From assembly GCA_002269645.1 (NCBI GenBank), contig NIVC01003136.1, positions 1-63,744 on the forward strand: a stretch of 63,744 bases of DNA, in the 5' to 3' direction. A program made the position numbers and the translations under genes. A model generated the notes under the pieces. The model saw nothing but the letters and a program-made list of their open reading frames with translations, had not been told where the DNA came from and made no database searches. The stretch comes from Macrostomum lignano (Eukaryota). Positions within the stretch are counted from its first letter, which is position 1, and the number at the start of each line of letters is the position of its first letter. Of this stretch, positions 10,075-30,537 are shown in pieces.

Positions 10075-10795
10075 ACTCTCGTGTCTCTGCTCTCATATCT
10101 CATGTCTCTCATATCACCCTCTCCTTTCTTATCTCCCATCTTTCTGCCCTCCTTTCTAACGTCTCCTGTCTCCTCTCTTTTCTCTCCTCTCCATTCTCTC
10201 TTCTCTCCTTTCCTTTCTCCTCTCATCTTCTCCCCTATCTTCTCAAATCTCTCTCTCTTATTTTCTCACTCATCTCTTTTCTCATTGCATCTCTCATCTC
10301 TCCTCTCTGCACACTCATCTTTACCCTCTTCTTTCTCCTCAATAATTTCTCCTTTCTACTCTTTCATTTCTCTCATGTCTGATCTTCATCTCTCTCCTCT
10401 CTCTCCTCTCATCTCTACTCCCTCATTTATCTCTTTTCCCTGGTCTTTCGTCTCTACTCTCTCCTGTATCTTTTCTCCCCTCTTTTCTCATATCTTCTCT
10501 CTCCTCTCTCCTCTCCTCTCTCATCTCTCATCCTTCATCTCACTCTTCTTTCTCCTCTACTCTCTACTCTCTTCTATTTCCTCTATACGCTCTTATCCCT
10601 CCTCTCTTTTCTCCTCACATCTCTCCTGTCTCTCTCTCTCTGCTATCTTATATCTCCCCTCTCATCTCCTCTCTCCTCTTCTCTTCTCTCTCCCTCTTCA
10701 TTCTCGCCTTACTCTCCTATTCTCTCCTATATGTCATCTCTAATCTCTCCTCTCTCATATCTACTCTCTTTTCTATCATCTCTTTTCTCTTTTCT
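10075..10795. repeat. CT-rich low-complexity tract
   Basis: Degenerate (TCTC)n, almost purely pyrimidine on the + strand. Confidence 0.95.
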
Positions 10796-10814
10796 CTGAC
10801 TGACTCAAGGTGCC

Positions 10815-10950
10815 AAATCCATCGAAATCCTCTCCGTCAAACAGAAATCCATAAAAATTCTCTCTGTGAAACAGAAATCTATCAAAATTTTCTTTGAGAA
10901 ACTGAAAGCCATCAAAATCGTCTCCGTGAAACAGAACTTCATCAAATAAT
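10815..10950. repeat. Degenerate 30-bp minisatellite (about 4.5 copies)
   Basis: Unit approximately AAATCCATCAAAATCCTCTCCGTGAAACAG. Confidence 0.8.
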
Positions 10951-11082
10951 ACCCGACATCTCCATGAAATTGCAGTCCATCAAGACTGCTATATAGGGAT
11001 CCAAAAGATGCTTTCCATACTTAAAAATATTCAAGTTAGAGGCGCCTCTGCGCCTCTACGTCTCTACGTCTAGGCGTCAGTG

Positions 11083-11116
11083 GTTAGGGTTAGAGTTAGG
11101 GTTAGGGTTAGGGTTA
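11083..11116 (+). repeat. Short interstitial (TTAGGG)n tract
   Basis: GTTAGGGTTAGAGTTAGGGTTAGGGTTAGGGTTA. Confidence 0.85.
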
Positions 11117-14100
11117 CAATTATTTCATACTTCTTTCATTTCATTGCTATCTTCACTGCGTTCACTGAACCCTATGGCCGCCACCCCAACACGGGGATTT
11201 TAATTGAATTGTACGCAGAACACGTGTCAGAAAATTTAAAGAATGATGTTTTCTTGAATCCTGTGCTTTTAGTTTTCATGTTTAAAGCAAGAAACTTATA
11301 TCCCCCGAGCTCAGCGTTGCAAGCTCTTTCCAGCAATATAAGGGTCGTTCTCAAAGCTAGGTCACAACTTTTTGTTATTGCAAAAAAAGTTTATACATCG
11401 ACCAATAATCGTATATAAAAAAAATTATTTCGACAATTTCTGTAAGAAGCTGCTACTAAAACCACAAGAAAACTTGAAATTGAGAAGAAATCAAGGCTAT
11501 TTGTTATTCTTTGTTGCGGAAAATAAACGACAAAAATATTAAAGAGAAAATAAAATTTTCTTCTATTTTTATTTTAAATATGCAGTTAAATTTCTTTTGC
11601 AAAAATAAAAGAACAAGAAATTGACAAAGGAAATGTTTTTGAGCACAGCATTTTGTTACTCTGCTCTAAATCCCAGACATTTAAAATTATCGTGTGCGAA
11701 AAAGTGCGAAATTATTATAGCATGCACTCGAAAGGACTTCGATCAGTTTAACTAATCACTGAATTAAGAAGTCTAAATAAGTCTTGAAAAGTTGAATTAA
11801 AAATCAAGTTTTCACTATGTATCTTTTCAAAGTCAAGATGATTCGACAAATAAAGAATGTTCATTTTTACGGTGAATAGAATTGTTCATTTTTACATTAA
11901 ATATAATAAAATCTAACTAATAATAGAAAAAGTCAGGGAACTATCCTTGAACACCAAAAAGCACATTGTGGATTTAATATCAACTGCATGTTCCTTAATA
12001 AAGGAATTCGGATTCTAGTATATATTTGATTATTTGTAGCATAATTTCTGAAAACTATAACTTGCTTGATTTTACTTTAAGTACTTATTACATTAATACT
12101 TATACCAAAGCTGCATGTACTTAAAATAAAAAATTATAGTTACTTATTAGACATTTTACTCCAATTAACTTAAAATAATTCAAATTTATTTTAATCAATT
12201 CATTTTTTGAAACTTTTTGGAAAATAGACAAAATTGAATTATTTAATTACCAAAAACCTACTAGCTTAACTAAAATAGCAGTTAGTCTTTAAAAAAGATT
12301 TCACTTGTTAATTGAGAAAAATGAGGGTGTGCGAGGTGTAAAAATGCGAAAGAGCATGCAGGAAACAGAGACAAACAAAAATGTAGGTAAAAGACACTGC
12401 ACATGCACATAATATGATAACCAGACATAATGCGCACACTGAAACACCAGTAGCAATGACGCCCAAGCTTTTGATGATCACAAGCGAAAAGGCAAAACCC
12501 AGCCATCAATCAAAGAAGTAGACTATAGCACGCATCTTGAGTGCATCACGCATTTTTTGCAGAGAAGCTCGAAAATTAACATTGTATTCTGTGCACAACC
12601 ACCAACTGCGACAGGGTCTGCCGGGGGATTTGTGGGCACGCGGTCGCGGATACAAATCGGAGGAGTCGCTGACCATTCTGAAATTACTAGCTAGTACATG
12701 TAATTTTGTGTATTAATATATTTAGCCCGCTTTATTTCTATGCTCTCGTCCGCCTCTCGTTAATGCATCCCCAGACTCATGCAATAATCAAACTTATGAT
12801 CGAACTATGCATGGCTTCCGTCCCTCGCTTTGAATCTCTCACCTCCCCATAGTTCCATCAACCTTACCGTAGTGGCTTCCTATGCAAAAATCATCCCTCC
12901 GCATCTTACACAGGCTACTTCAGGCTGTAGACTGTACTACACTATTAATTAGTTGCGCTAAGGAATCTACATGTATTTGCTCGCAGCGCAGCGCGCTGCT
13001 CAAATAAGTTTAGATCTATCTAGATCTAGTAATTTCAGGTTTGTCCATAGACTAGAGCTCATGAGATGAGAATTCCATTAACTAGTACATTTAATATGAA
13101 TGAACTGCGTGTGTGTGTGCTGTGCATACATATGTATAATATACGAGTAGTTTATGGGCCAAATTATTGTGTGGCACAATTCTTGGCATCACTCAGCAGG
13201 CACAAGATGCAGTTAAGCAGCGCACGAAAATTCTACAAAAGAAATTGAGCCTGGTTGAGGTGATGCGAGGAGGCAGATCCACACAATCTCAGTGAATACA
13301 CCAGACTGCACCAGATACGAGTCCAGTCGAATGTGCGCACTGGTCTAAGCAGCACACGCATGTCCTCCTGACAATGACGGCACCTAGCTTCGTCCAAGCC
13401 TTTGCCAGCGTCACTGACAGCGTCAATACTACCATGCAGTGCCACCTGCAGCACCGACAACGGCAATTCCTCCAGTTAGCCCACAACAGTGGCTAAACTG
13501 AGGGACAGGGAACCTACCCGTAGAAGACACACACATACACACACAGCACCGGCAGCAGCACTCTGACAGCATAACCTAAAGCTCCATGAGCTCAGTTTTC
13601 AAGCATTGAAGAAGCAGAAGCAGTCATCTTGAATCCAGGGATCAGGAAGAGTGTTGCATGTCCGACATGTGCTGTTTCCGTGGCAAAAGGTGATGGAGCA
13701 AATTAATCAACACTTACTATCTAGCTCGTATTAAGACAAAAAAACGGAGGCAAGCTGGGATTAAACCAAAGAAAATTTTTTACTATACTTTTTTACCATA
13801 TACTTTTACTATACTTTTATAGTATAGTAGAGAGGTACTCTATTTAAATGCAGTAAGAAGTGAAACAAATTTATATATTTAATTATTAAATTAAATTAAT
13901 TCAAGGTAAATAACTAATTTAATTAATTTATTAGGAGTATTTAATATTATAATAAATTGATTTTTATACCTTATACGAAATAAGCTCTACATTCATTTCT
14001 TAGCTTGGGGCCCATCTGTATAAGGTCAGTTTCTTCAAAATGCTGATTAATTAATTAAGGCCTGTTGTCTTTAATTAAATTTATAAGGGCATCTTAGAAG

Positions 14101-16212
14101 TTAATATTACTATATAATACATGTATAATATTATTACTATATTATAATAATATAGTTGCAATTTTAATGACTATTGAATAAGTCTAAATGCTTCCCCTAT
14201 TGACTTTAAATATATGGTATCTTTCCCTTCAGAAAAAATTTGCATAGAATGACTTGATGAAAACAAAAAAAATCATTTCGAGATACACATTTGCTGATCA
14301 TTCAGGTCAAATTTCAAGGTCCAGTTTTGCACATGTTTCTCTGTAGCTTGGTTACAAGGATTCTAATAAAAATATAATAAATATGTCCAATGAACTAACT
14401 GATACATAGCCAAATTGAAGTATTTTCAAAAACAAAAAAAATCATTTGCTCAGTTTACTTTACTGGATATCTGTGTAAAATTTCAGCTCAAAAGGTGCTC
14501 CATGGAGAATGCTAGTGTGGTTACAGGATATTTATTTTGTGCTTCAAAGTAGGAGTTTATTGCGATGCATGGTTGCTTTTAATTATTTTTATCAACAATA
14601 GTGCTCTATTTCATAACAATTTTTTACAAAAAGATAATAAGACATGTTTTTCTAATTATCTGCATCAAAATGTATCATTTTAAGCGCACATTCTAGACGT
14701 CAGCTGAAAAATACATTTTGTGAGATGAGAAGAGGCTATCCCACCGGAAATGCTAGGCGTACAATTAAGCGTCTATAAAATAATTTATAGTGCAGTTTAT
14801 TAAGCTTTAAAAAATCTTAAATTAAATTTATATAAGCTTTCATTTTAAATGTAATATAGCAAGGTTTCAACACAACAACAACTTTTTTTAGCTACAGACA
14901 TCTTGTAGTATCAAAAATTAACATCGGTAAAATGATTGAATTTGAATTTTTTCATCGCTAATTATCGCTTAATACCGACAGATGATTAAAAACACTTTTG
15001 CATGATAAAGTTCAACCCAAAAATTATCTTTATTCACAGATAAAAGTGTCCTATTATTTTCAATATGGCAGTAACAATAGTAAATGTTCGGAAAATTGTT
15101 AAAATTTTTGCTCCTCCTAGAATTTGCGAACGACCCATAAGTCTCTCCTCTGAAGGCTTAAAACTCAAGGAACAATTAGCGTTTGAAATTTCCCAATTTC
15201 TTGACTGCTTGCCTGAGAGGCTCGCAACTTCGCAAGTTTGTTCATTGAATTTCACTGCCAGTGCCCAGCTATTCAACTCTGGCTACTGTAATTATTTCAC
15301 CATACACAGGGCCGATAATAAAACCAATTGAATCTCGGCACAGTTCCATCTATCTGTTTACACTGTACAACTGCTATGTACACTCAGCCCAAGCCCAACC
15401 CCCCCCCCCCCGTTCCGGGGGAATCATTAAATTTAACTCAACCCCCAACACGCGGGGGGGGTTTATTTGCATTGAACGCAGAACCCCCCCCCCCCTAATA
15501 CACAGCAATTCGCGGGCGGAGGTTGGGGTGGTTTTTTTTACAAACTGGCTGCAGCCCCAGACAGAGTGGCAAAGAAGGTTATTGGGGGTTAAAAAGCAGT
15601 ATTCTGCAGCTTCTGCGGCTTTTGTAGCTTTTGTAGCTTCTGCTTTTCTGCTTTTCTGGATGTTAAAATGTGAAAATTAAAAATTAAAATAGCCTAAAGC
15701 CTGATCCGGAAAATTTGCAGTTTTCCCATATAAGTTTCGACGCTGACTTCGCAGTATAGTAGGCGTTCACTTACAACATACAGACAGACAAACATCGCGT
15801 CAGTTTTAGTATTAGGAAGATGTTTTTTTCTTACCGGATGGCAGCCGACCTATGATCTGCACTTTTTGAAGCGTACACGATGCCTCTCATCAATTTTTTT
15901 CATCTTGTTCACAGATGATTTTTTAAGAAGCATCGTGGACAAACTGACATTATATTTGATGTTTGTACGGGCAGAGCAGCTCATAAACATGCGTGGCCCC
16001 GTGCATTCATTTGGGGCTTGTTGGGGTGTCGTGCAGTCACACCTATGAGGGTCAGCTCCCAAGGCACAGAGAGACGATTAGAAATTCAAGGCCGCTATAT
16101 GCACCCTGTGTGAGCGCGTGTATGAGTGCGTGCCTCCGTATAGTTTTGGTGCGCTTGTGTGTCCCCAGGAGTCAGCAGAATGGGCGGACGCCACCGATGG
16201 GACAATTTTCGC

Positions 16213-16427
16213 GGACGATGGGACAATGGGGCGATGGGACGATGGGATAATGGGACGATGGGACGATGAGGCGATGGGACGATGGGACGATGGGGCGATG
16301 GGATAATTGGACGATGGGGCGATGGGATAATTGGACGATGGGACGATGGGACGATGGGACGATGGGATAATGGGACGATGGGACGATGAGACGATGGGAC
16401 GAAGGGACGATAGGACGATGGGACGAT
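16213..16427. repeat. 8-bp GATGGGAC array, left part
   Basis: Direct reading; the array continues after the insertion at 16428-17771. Confidence 0.95.
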
Positions 16428-17771
16428 CCCGGCGGTAAAAATCACGTCGAAATGACGTCGAAAATCGACGTCGAAATTTCATGTCGATTTGAACCACGAT
16501 TTCGACGTCGAAATTTTCGCCATCAGATATCGAGCATGCGACGTCGCGTTTTCCACTATTGATGGCGAAAAGTCGACGTCGTTCATATTCGTGATGACAG
16601 CAAGTAGATGGCGATTTTCGACAAATTGTCGATTTTTTATGTATGTACAGCTCATTTTAATAATATAGATGTACTACGGCATTAATTTGTTTCATACAAT
16701 AGTCATAAACTGACGAACTACATGTACGAACTACAAACGATCACTAAGCTGACTAAATTCATAGACATACAGTGTCACTAATCTACCTAAGTTAGGAAAG
16801 AAATATTAAACCAAGCAAGGCTGCATGACGTTTTATTTGCTATCCAAACCAGATGCAATTTCCGCAACCATAAAATAGTATACAGGTGTATTCAACTCAC
16901 AAGCAATTGGAAACGATCATAGAAATAGCATCAAGCTATCAGAACAGAAAGCAAACGATGGAAAGCTATGAGCAGCTATGGGTGTGTGCTATGCTTTTAT
17001 TTTTGAATGTAACAAACATTCATTAGAATGAATAATGAAATAAATAATGTAGAAATGGGATAAATATATATACTATTTAAGCTAAAATTATACATGTCTT
17101 AAAAACTGTTTAAAAACAAAATATTCTTTTATAGAATTGTGCTCGTATTACATTTATAAAAGTTAAATCTGTTACTGTTTATTAAATGTTACAGCTACAG
17201 TAATTTCCGATTAAAACGTAAAAAGTTGCTCATTTATGGCTACTTTATTATTATTTCACTTATCCTGTATAAAAGATTAAACCTACAGGCAACAAGTGTT
17301 ATAAAACATTGAACTTTAAACGCATAATTTATAACACATTAATAGCGTCAAAAATAATGAAACGCAATTTGAAAGAATATGCAAACTGCCATGTGTGTCA
17401 CAGAAAGTATACCTTATATAGCTAGAGATTTACGTATGGATCGCAGAAAAATAATTTGGAAGTCTGCAATTTGAAAAATAATCGATCGACATCGCATGGC
17501 GATATTTTTAAAAAATGTGTTTTTTGCGCTGCGTTGAAACAAAAAATATTGTGTCCGTTTTACTGAATTTATTGATCATTTCAGTAAGCTGAAAATCAGG
17601 TTAAAAATATCTTTAAAAATATTATTATAATGATCTATTCTGCAAAAAAGAAGATAAAAAAATTCATATCGAAATTTCGACGTCGAATGAAGGTTCAAAC
17701 GACTACTTATTTGTCGCCAGTTTTTGAAAAGCGAATATCGACGTCATTTCGATATGATTTTTACCACCGGG
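16428..17771. mobile_element. Non-autonomous CMC/EnSpm-type DNA transposon
   Basis: 34-bp TIRs (31/34 identical) starting CCCGG(C/T)GGTAAAAATCA, a 2-bp AT duplication on both sides, CGACGTCG subterminal repeats, and an AT-rich non-coding interior. Confidence 0.85.
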
Positions 17772-18110
17772 ATGGGACGATGGGACGATGGGACAATGGG
17801 ACGATGGGACGATAGGACGATGGGACGATGGGACGATGGGATAACGGGACGATGGGACGATGGGATAACGGGACGATGAGACGAAGGGACGAAGGGACGA
17901 TGGGACGATGGGACGATGGGACGATGGGACGATGAGACGATGGGACGATGGGACGATGGGACGATGGGACGATGGGACGATGGGACGATGGGATAATGGG
18001 ACGATGGGACGATGGGACGATGGGACGAAGGGACGATGGGACGATGGGACGATGGGACGATGGGACGATGGGACAATGGGACAATGGGACGATGGGACGA
18101 TAGGACGATG
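17772..18110. repeat. 8-bp GATGGGAC array, right part
   Basis: Direct reading. Confidence 0.95.
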
Positions 18111-19520
18111 AGCGAGCCGGGCCGGATGTGACGCAGCAGATCCTGCACGTAGTAGAATCTCAGACTCCGCTCCTGCTCATAGCTGTCGTTGACCGAAGAG
18201 CCGAAATGACTGGACAGATCGTGAATGAACCGAACGCTGCCGTCAGACTTGAGAATCGCGTCGATAGCATTCACCATGACGCGTGCGCTAGCGGAGCTCT
18301 TCGGAGAGTTGCTTGTGACCTGCTGTCATGGTCAGTAGCAGAACGGTAGTTGGCAGAATGCGTGAAGGCAGGCGGAGGCTTGTTGATGAGGCCGAAGCCG
18401 TTATGAAGGCCGTTTCGGAGGAATCTCTCGTCTGGACCAATGTGGAGCAGAATATTTCAAGAAGCCAGGTTCATGTCAGAAGACAGCACCCGATGCGGTG
18501 GGGAGGCGGGTCGGGGTGGCGGGCAGGGGTAGGGGATGCAAACAATGGGATGAGGGCGGGTGGGAGATAAAAGCATGGTGGCTAAATAAATCTAGTTTTT
18601 TGACCCCTCCGCCACATCGCTGCTCTGACAATGCAGCTGGGCGGGATGCGGCTTGCCGCAGCCAGGCAGCTTGCAGACGTGCCGGTACCTGCAGCTGGAC
18701 CGTTGACAGCCGGCTGGTGAGTTGAAGCTCAGGCAAACAAACGGGCGCCTGCGGCTGCGAGATACCGGGTCGGTTCAAAGTGACCTTCAGATTGCGTGGA
18801 GCGTTCAGGTGGCGATGGTACAGCTGCGTGGGTTCGCACCCCACTGATGCAGGTCCGACTCGGCCACCAGCTTCCTGTAGTTTTCGTCAAACTCCCACAC
18901 AACGTTTGGGCTGTAGTTGGCGTCAAGGAGTTCGCCGATCTTCTGGGAGTACAGCAGGTAGCCCCAGAAGATCAGGCGCTGTAGGATTTGAGCATTGCCA
19001 TAGATCCATTGGCCGGTGGAAATCTTGCTTAGGCTTGGCGGCTGCTCTTGAACACCAAGTTGCCGTTCTCCATGCAGGCGGTAAGACTATCGCTTGACTG
19101 ACTGGCGTTGGGATTGACAAAGTCTCGGATCAGGTCGGCCCGGCTGCGCTTGCTGGCCGACTGACCGCTCTCGACACCTGCGCACCTGCGCTCTTCGACC
19201 TGTTTCCGTAGAGCAACCAGGTCGCCAGCCGCCCCTCGTCCCTTTGTGCCCACCTGCTGACTGATCACCGATGACTCCTGCATCAAGAGTCGCGCCGGAG
19301 CTGTCAGAGTCGGCTGCAGGAGCTTCAGACTGCAAGTGGCGGCACATAGCCATTCGTAGAGCTGCTGTCTGCAGCCTGTTTTTGGTAGACCGCGCTTGGT
19401 CAGCTCTGCTCTGAGCTGTCTGGCTGTTAGTGCGCGTGCGCTTTCCATGGTTGTTGACATGGCAGCGCCAAGGCTTGGAGGAGAGGAGGGCGCAGGGGGA
19501 GGGTGGGGTTAAAACACTCG
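18111..19520 (-). mobile_element. Decayed, truncated DIRS/Ngaro-type retrotransposon (Gag plus RT N-terminus)
   Basis: ORF1 spans frameshifts: SAP-like LTARQLRAELTKRGLPKTGCRQQLYEWL, then SKISTGQWIYGNAQIL..VWEFDENYRKL..WG, then CLSFNSPAGCQRSSCRYRHVCKLPGCGKPHPAQLH, ending AAAAAACTAG (stop 18592-18594). ORF2 remnant reads FLRNGLHNGF..NYRSA..VNAIDAILKSDGSVRFIHDLS..SVND..IRPG. Confidence 0.85.
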
Positions 19521-20266
19521 CAGGCTCGCAGGTTGTACAACCACAGTGTGTACAGCGGAGCCGACGTTATAATCGTACCGAATGTACACTTTCTGTGCCT
19601 TTGCGGGTTGGCCCTCGATCATGGACCGCTGAGCGGCTCTGCCCTTTCCAGCCATTTTTCATTTCCATTTTTTCAAGCAACTGGAGTCTTGCTAGGCCCA
19701 TGACTATATACAACTGCTGTACATGCGAGTGTACAAAATGCAGCCCAGCAGCAGAGGAAAATTAAGCTATAATTTTCTCTTACAGTCAGACGCAGTCTTA
19801 TGCAGCTATCAGATACCTGTAGCTCGTAATTATGCAGAATTGAACTGGAAATGCAGAGTTTCCTGTAATCAGCAACTTATTATTCTACAGTGTACCGGCT
19901 CAGCAACCCCCCATCATAATTAGCCCAATCATTTGTAAGGCATGCTCAAAATGCCTTGCAGACGAGCATTGTTACAATTCCAAGCTAATTGCATGCCGAA
20001 CTTATCCAGAGGCTCTTGCGGCTATGAAGGAGACGCAAGCGCAATTAACGAAGATCCGGCTGGCTTGCGCCGGATTCTCGAGAGATCTGGAGAGCTTGCG
20101 CGAGACAACTCGCTGGGACCCGGCGGCGAGTTCTCATTGGGCTCAGCCAGCAGCCAATTCAGTCTGACCAGTGAGCACAAACCTGTGCTCAAGTCACGAG
20201 CTGAAGCATCTCCAGCTCAAAGCTGAGTCCAGGGCGGGGAAGTCGGGACTCACGGAGCGAGCAGCC

Positions 20267-28773
<8,507 letters not shown>

Positions 28774-28775
28774 CA

Positions 28776-29008
<233 letters not shown>

Positions 29009-29496
29009 GTACCTGATCTGCATACCAGCTCCACTGCACTCTGAATTTTACATCAGCACTTCGAGTTGCACGAGACAGCAAATAAAAACCGATTGCTCCC
29101 TATTACTCCTAGTAGACAGTTGAAAAAATAGCGATAAAATCAGTGCAGCTCACAAGAACAGCTGCACTCACCTGTGATGTGGACTGCTGGATTTGAGGAG
29201 CAGCTGGAATTTGCTAATCTGAGGATGACCAGCCGATCCGAAGCGCCCGAGAGCTGCGGGCTTCCGCGCCTCAATTTAAAGTTTTTCCTTTTAAGCTTAC
29301 AGAGATTTTTTGGATTCCCTAATTGGAGCTTAGGATCGTGTTTTTTTCAATTTCAGTGACTCTGAGTATAAAAAATGAGCAGTTTTTATTGTTAATTAAA
29401 ATTTTTGAACCGAGAAATCTGCGGGATTTTGATTTCTTGCAAAATGAAGCAAATGATGAGATAAAATTTTGTCTAGCGCCCTGCAGCATTACAGAA

Positions 29497-29537
29497 CAGA
29501 CAGACACACAGACAGACAGACAGACAGACAGACAGAA

Positions 29538-29636
<99 letters not shown>

Positions 29637-30047
29637 GAGACGACAGACACAGACGCAATGACACACAGGAAGGCAGACAGACAGGCAGAGAGACAGGCAG
29701 ACACAGACGCAATGACACACAGGAAGGCAGACAGACAGGCAGAGAGACAGGCAGACACAGACGCAATGACACACAGGAAGGCAGACAGACAGGCAGAGAG
29801 ACGACAGACACAGACGCAATGACACACAGGAAGGCAGACAGACAGGCAGAGAGACGACAGACACAGACGCAATGACACACAGGAAGGCAGACAGACAGGC
29901 AGAGAGACGACAGACACAGACGCAATGACACACAGGAAGGCAGACAGACAGGCAGAGAGACGACAGACACAGACGCAATGACACACAGGAAGGCAGACAG
30001 ACAGGCAGAGAGACGACAGACACAGACGCAATGACACACAGGAAGGC
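29497..30047. repeat. (CAGA)n followed by a 53/54-bp minisatellite (about 8 copies)
   Basis: Unit GACAGACACAGACGCAATGACACACAGGAAGGCAGACAGACAGGCAGAGAGAC. Confidence 0.95.
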
Positions 30048-30537
30048 ATGCTGTTATGGACAGAAATGCAGACACACCGGCAGAAAAGCAGTGCAGAGGC
30101 GGTGAGAGGCGCCACCCCAGTTGCTGCTCCGCCCAATGGGGGCTTCGGAATTCGGGCGGCCACCCCGCCTGCCGCCAAATTTCAGGCGGCTCTCCGCCGG
30201 AGGCTCTCAAGCCGGACCCGGCCAGAACGAAGATGGACGCGCGCCCTCCTCCTTCGGTATTTCCTGCTTCGCTCACAGTTGCTGCACAGCTTTTGCAATT
30301 TGTGTAGTTGCCGCACCCTAGTAGAAACCGCAATCCATTCAGTGTCGGAGGAAAGCGGAGCTGCGGGCGGCCAGGCAAGACAGGCCGGCTATTAGTATTC
30401 GGGCGCGTCCGTCACCCAGCAACGCCCCGCAGCAACAACTCTACCGGACTTCTAGAAGCGTTGAAAAGGGCAGCAGGCCGCACCAGTGGCCGGGCAATCT
30501 GCTTGCGGAGACGGAGCCCAAAGTCCAGTACAGCAGG

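Noticed and set aside
10029-10743. Hydrophobic or Ser/Leu-rich ORFs
   Set aside because: Translations of the CT-rich tract.
11083-11116. Chromosome end
   Set aside because: Only about 5 units, embedded in unique sequence.
13233-13486. Cys-rich minus-strand ORFs as a transposase zinc finger
   Set aside because: Short, with no catalytic domain or termini found.
15700-15821. Helitron/Helentron-like 3' end (CAGACAGACA..TTTTAGTATTAGGAAGAT)
   Set aside because: Resemblance only; no diagnostic hairpin or 5' end could be confirmed.
16078-18111. SSHRPIVP / GRWDDGTM repeat proteins
   Set aside because: Translations of the 8-bp GATGGGAC array. Only the unique part beyond 18111 is RT-derived.
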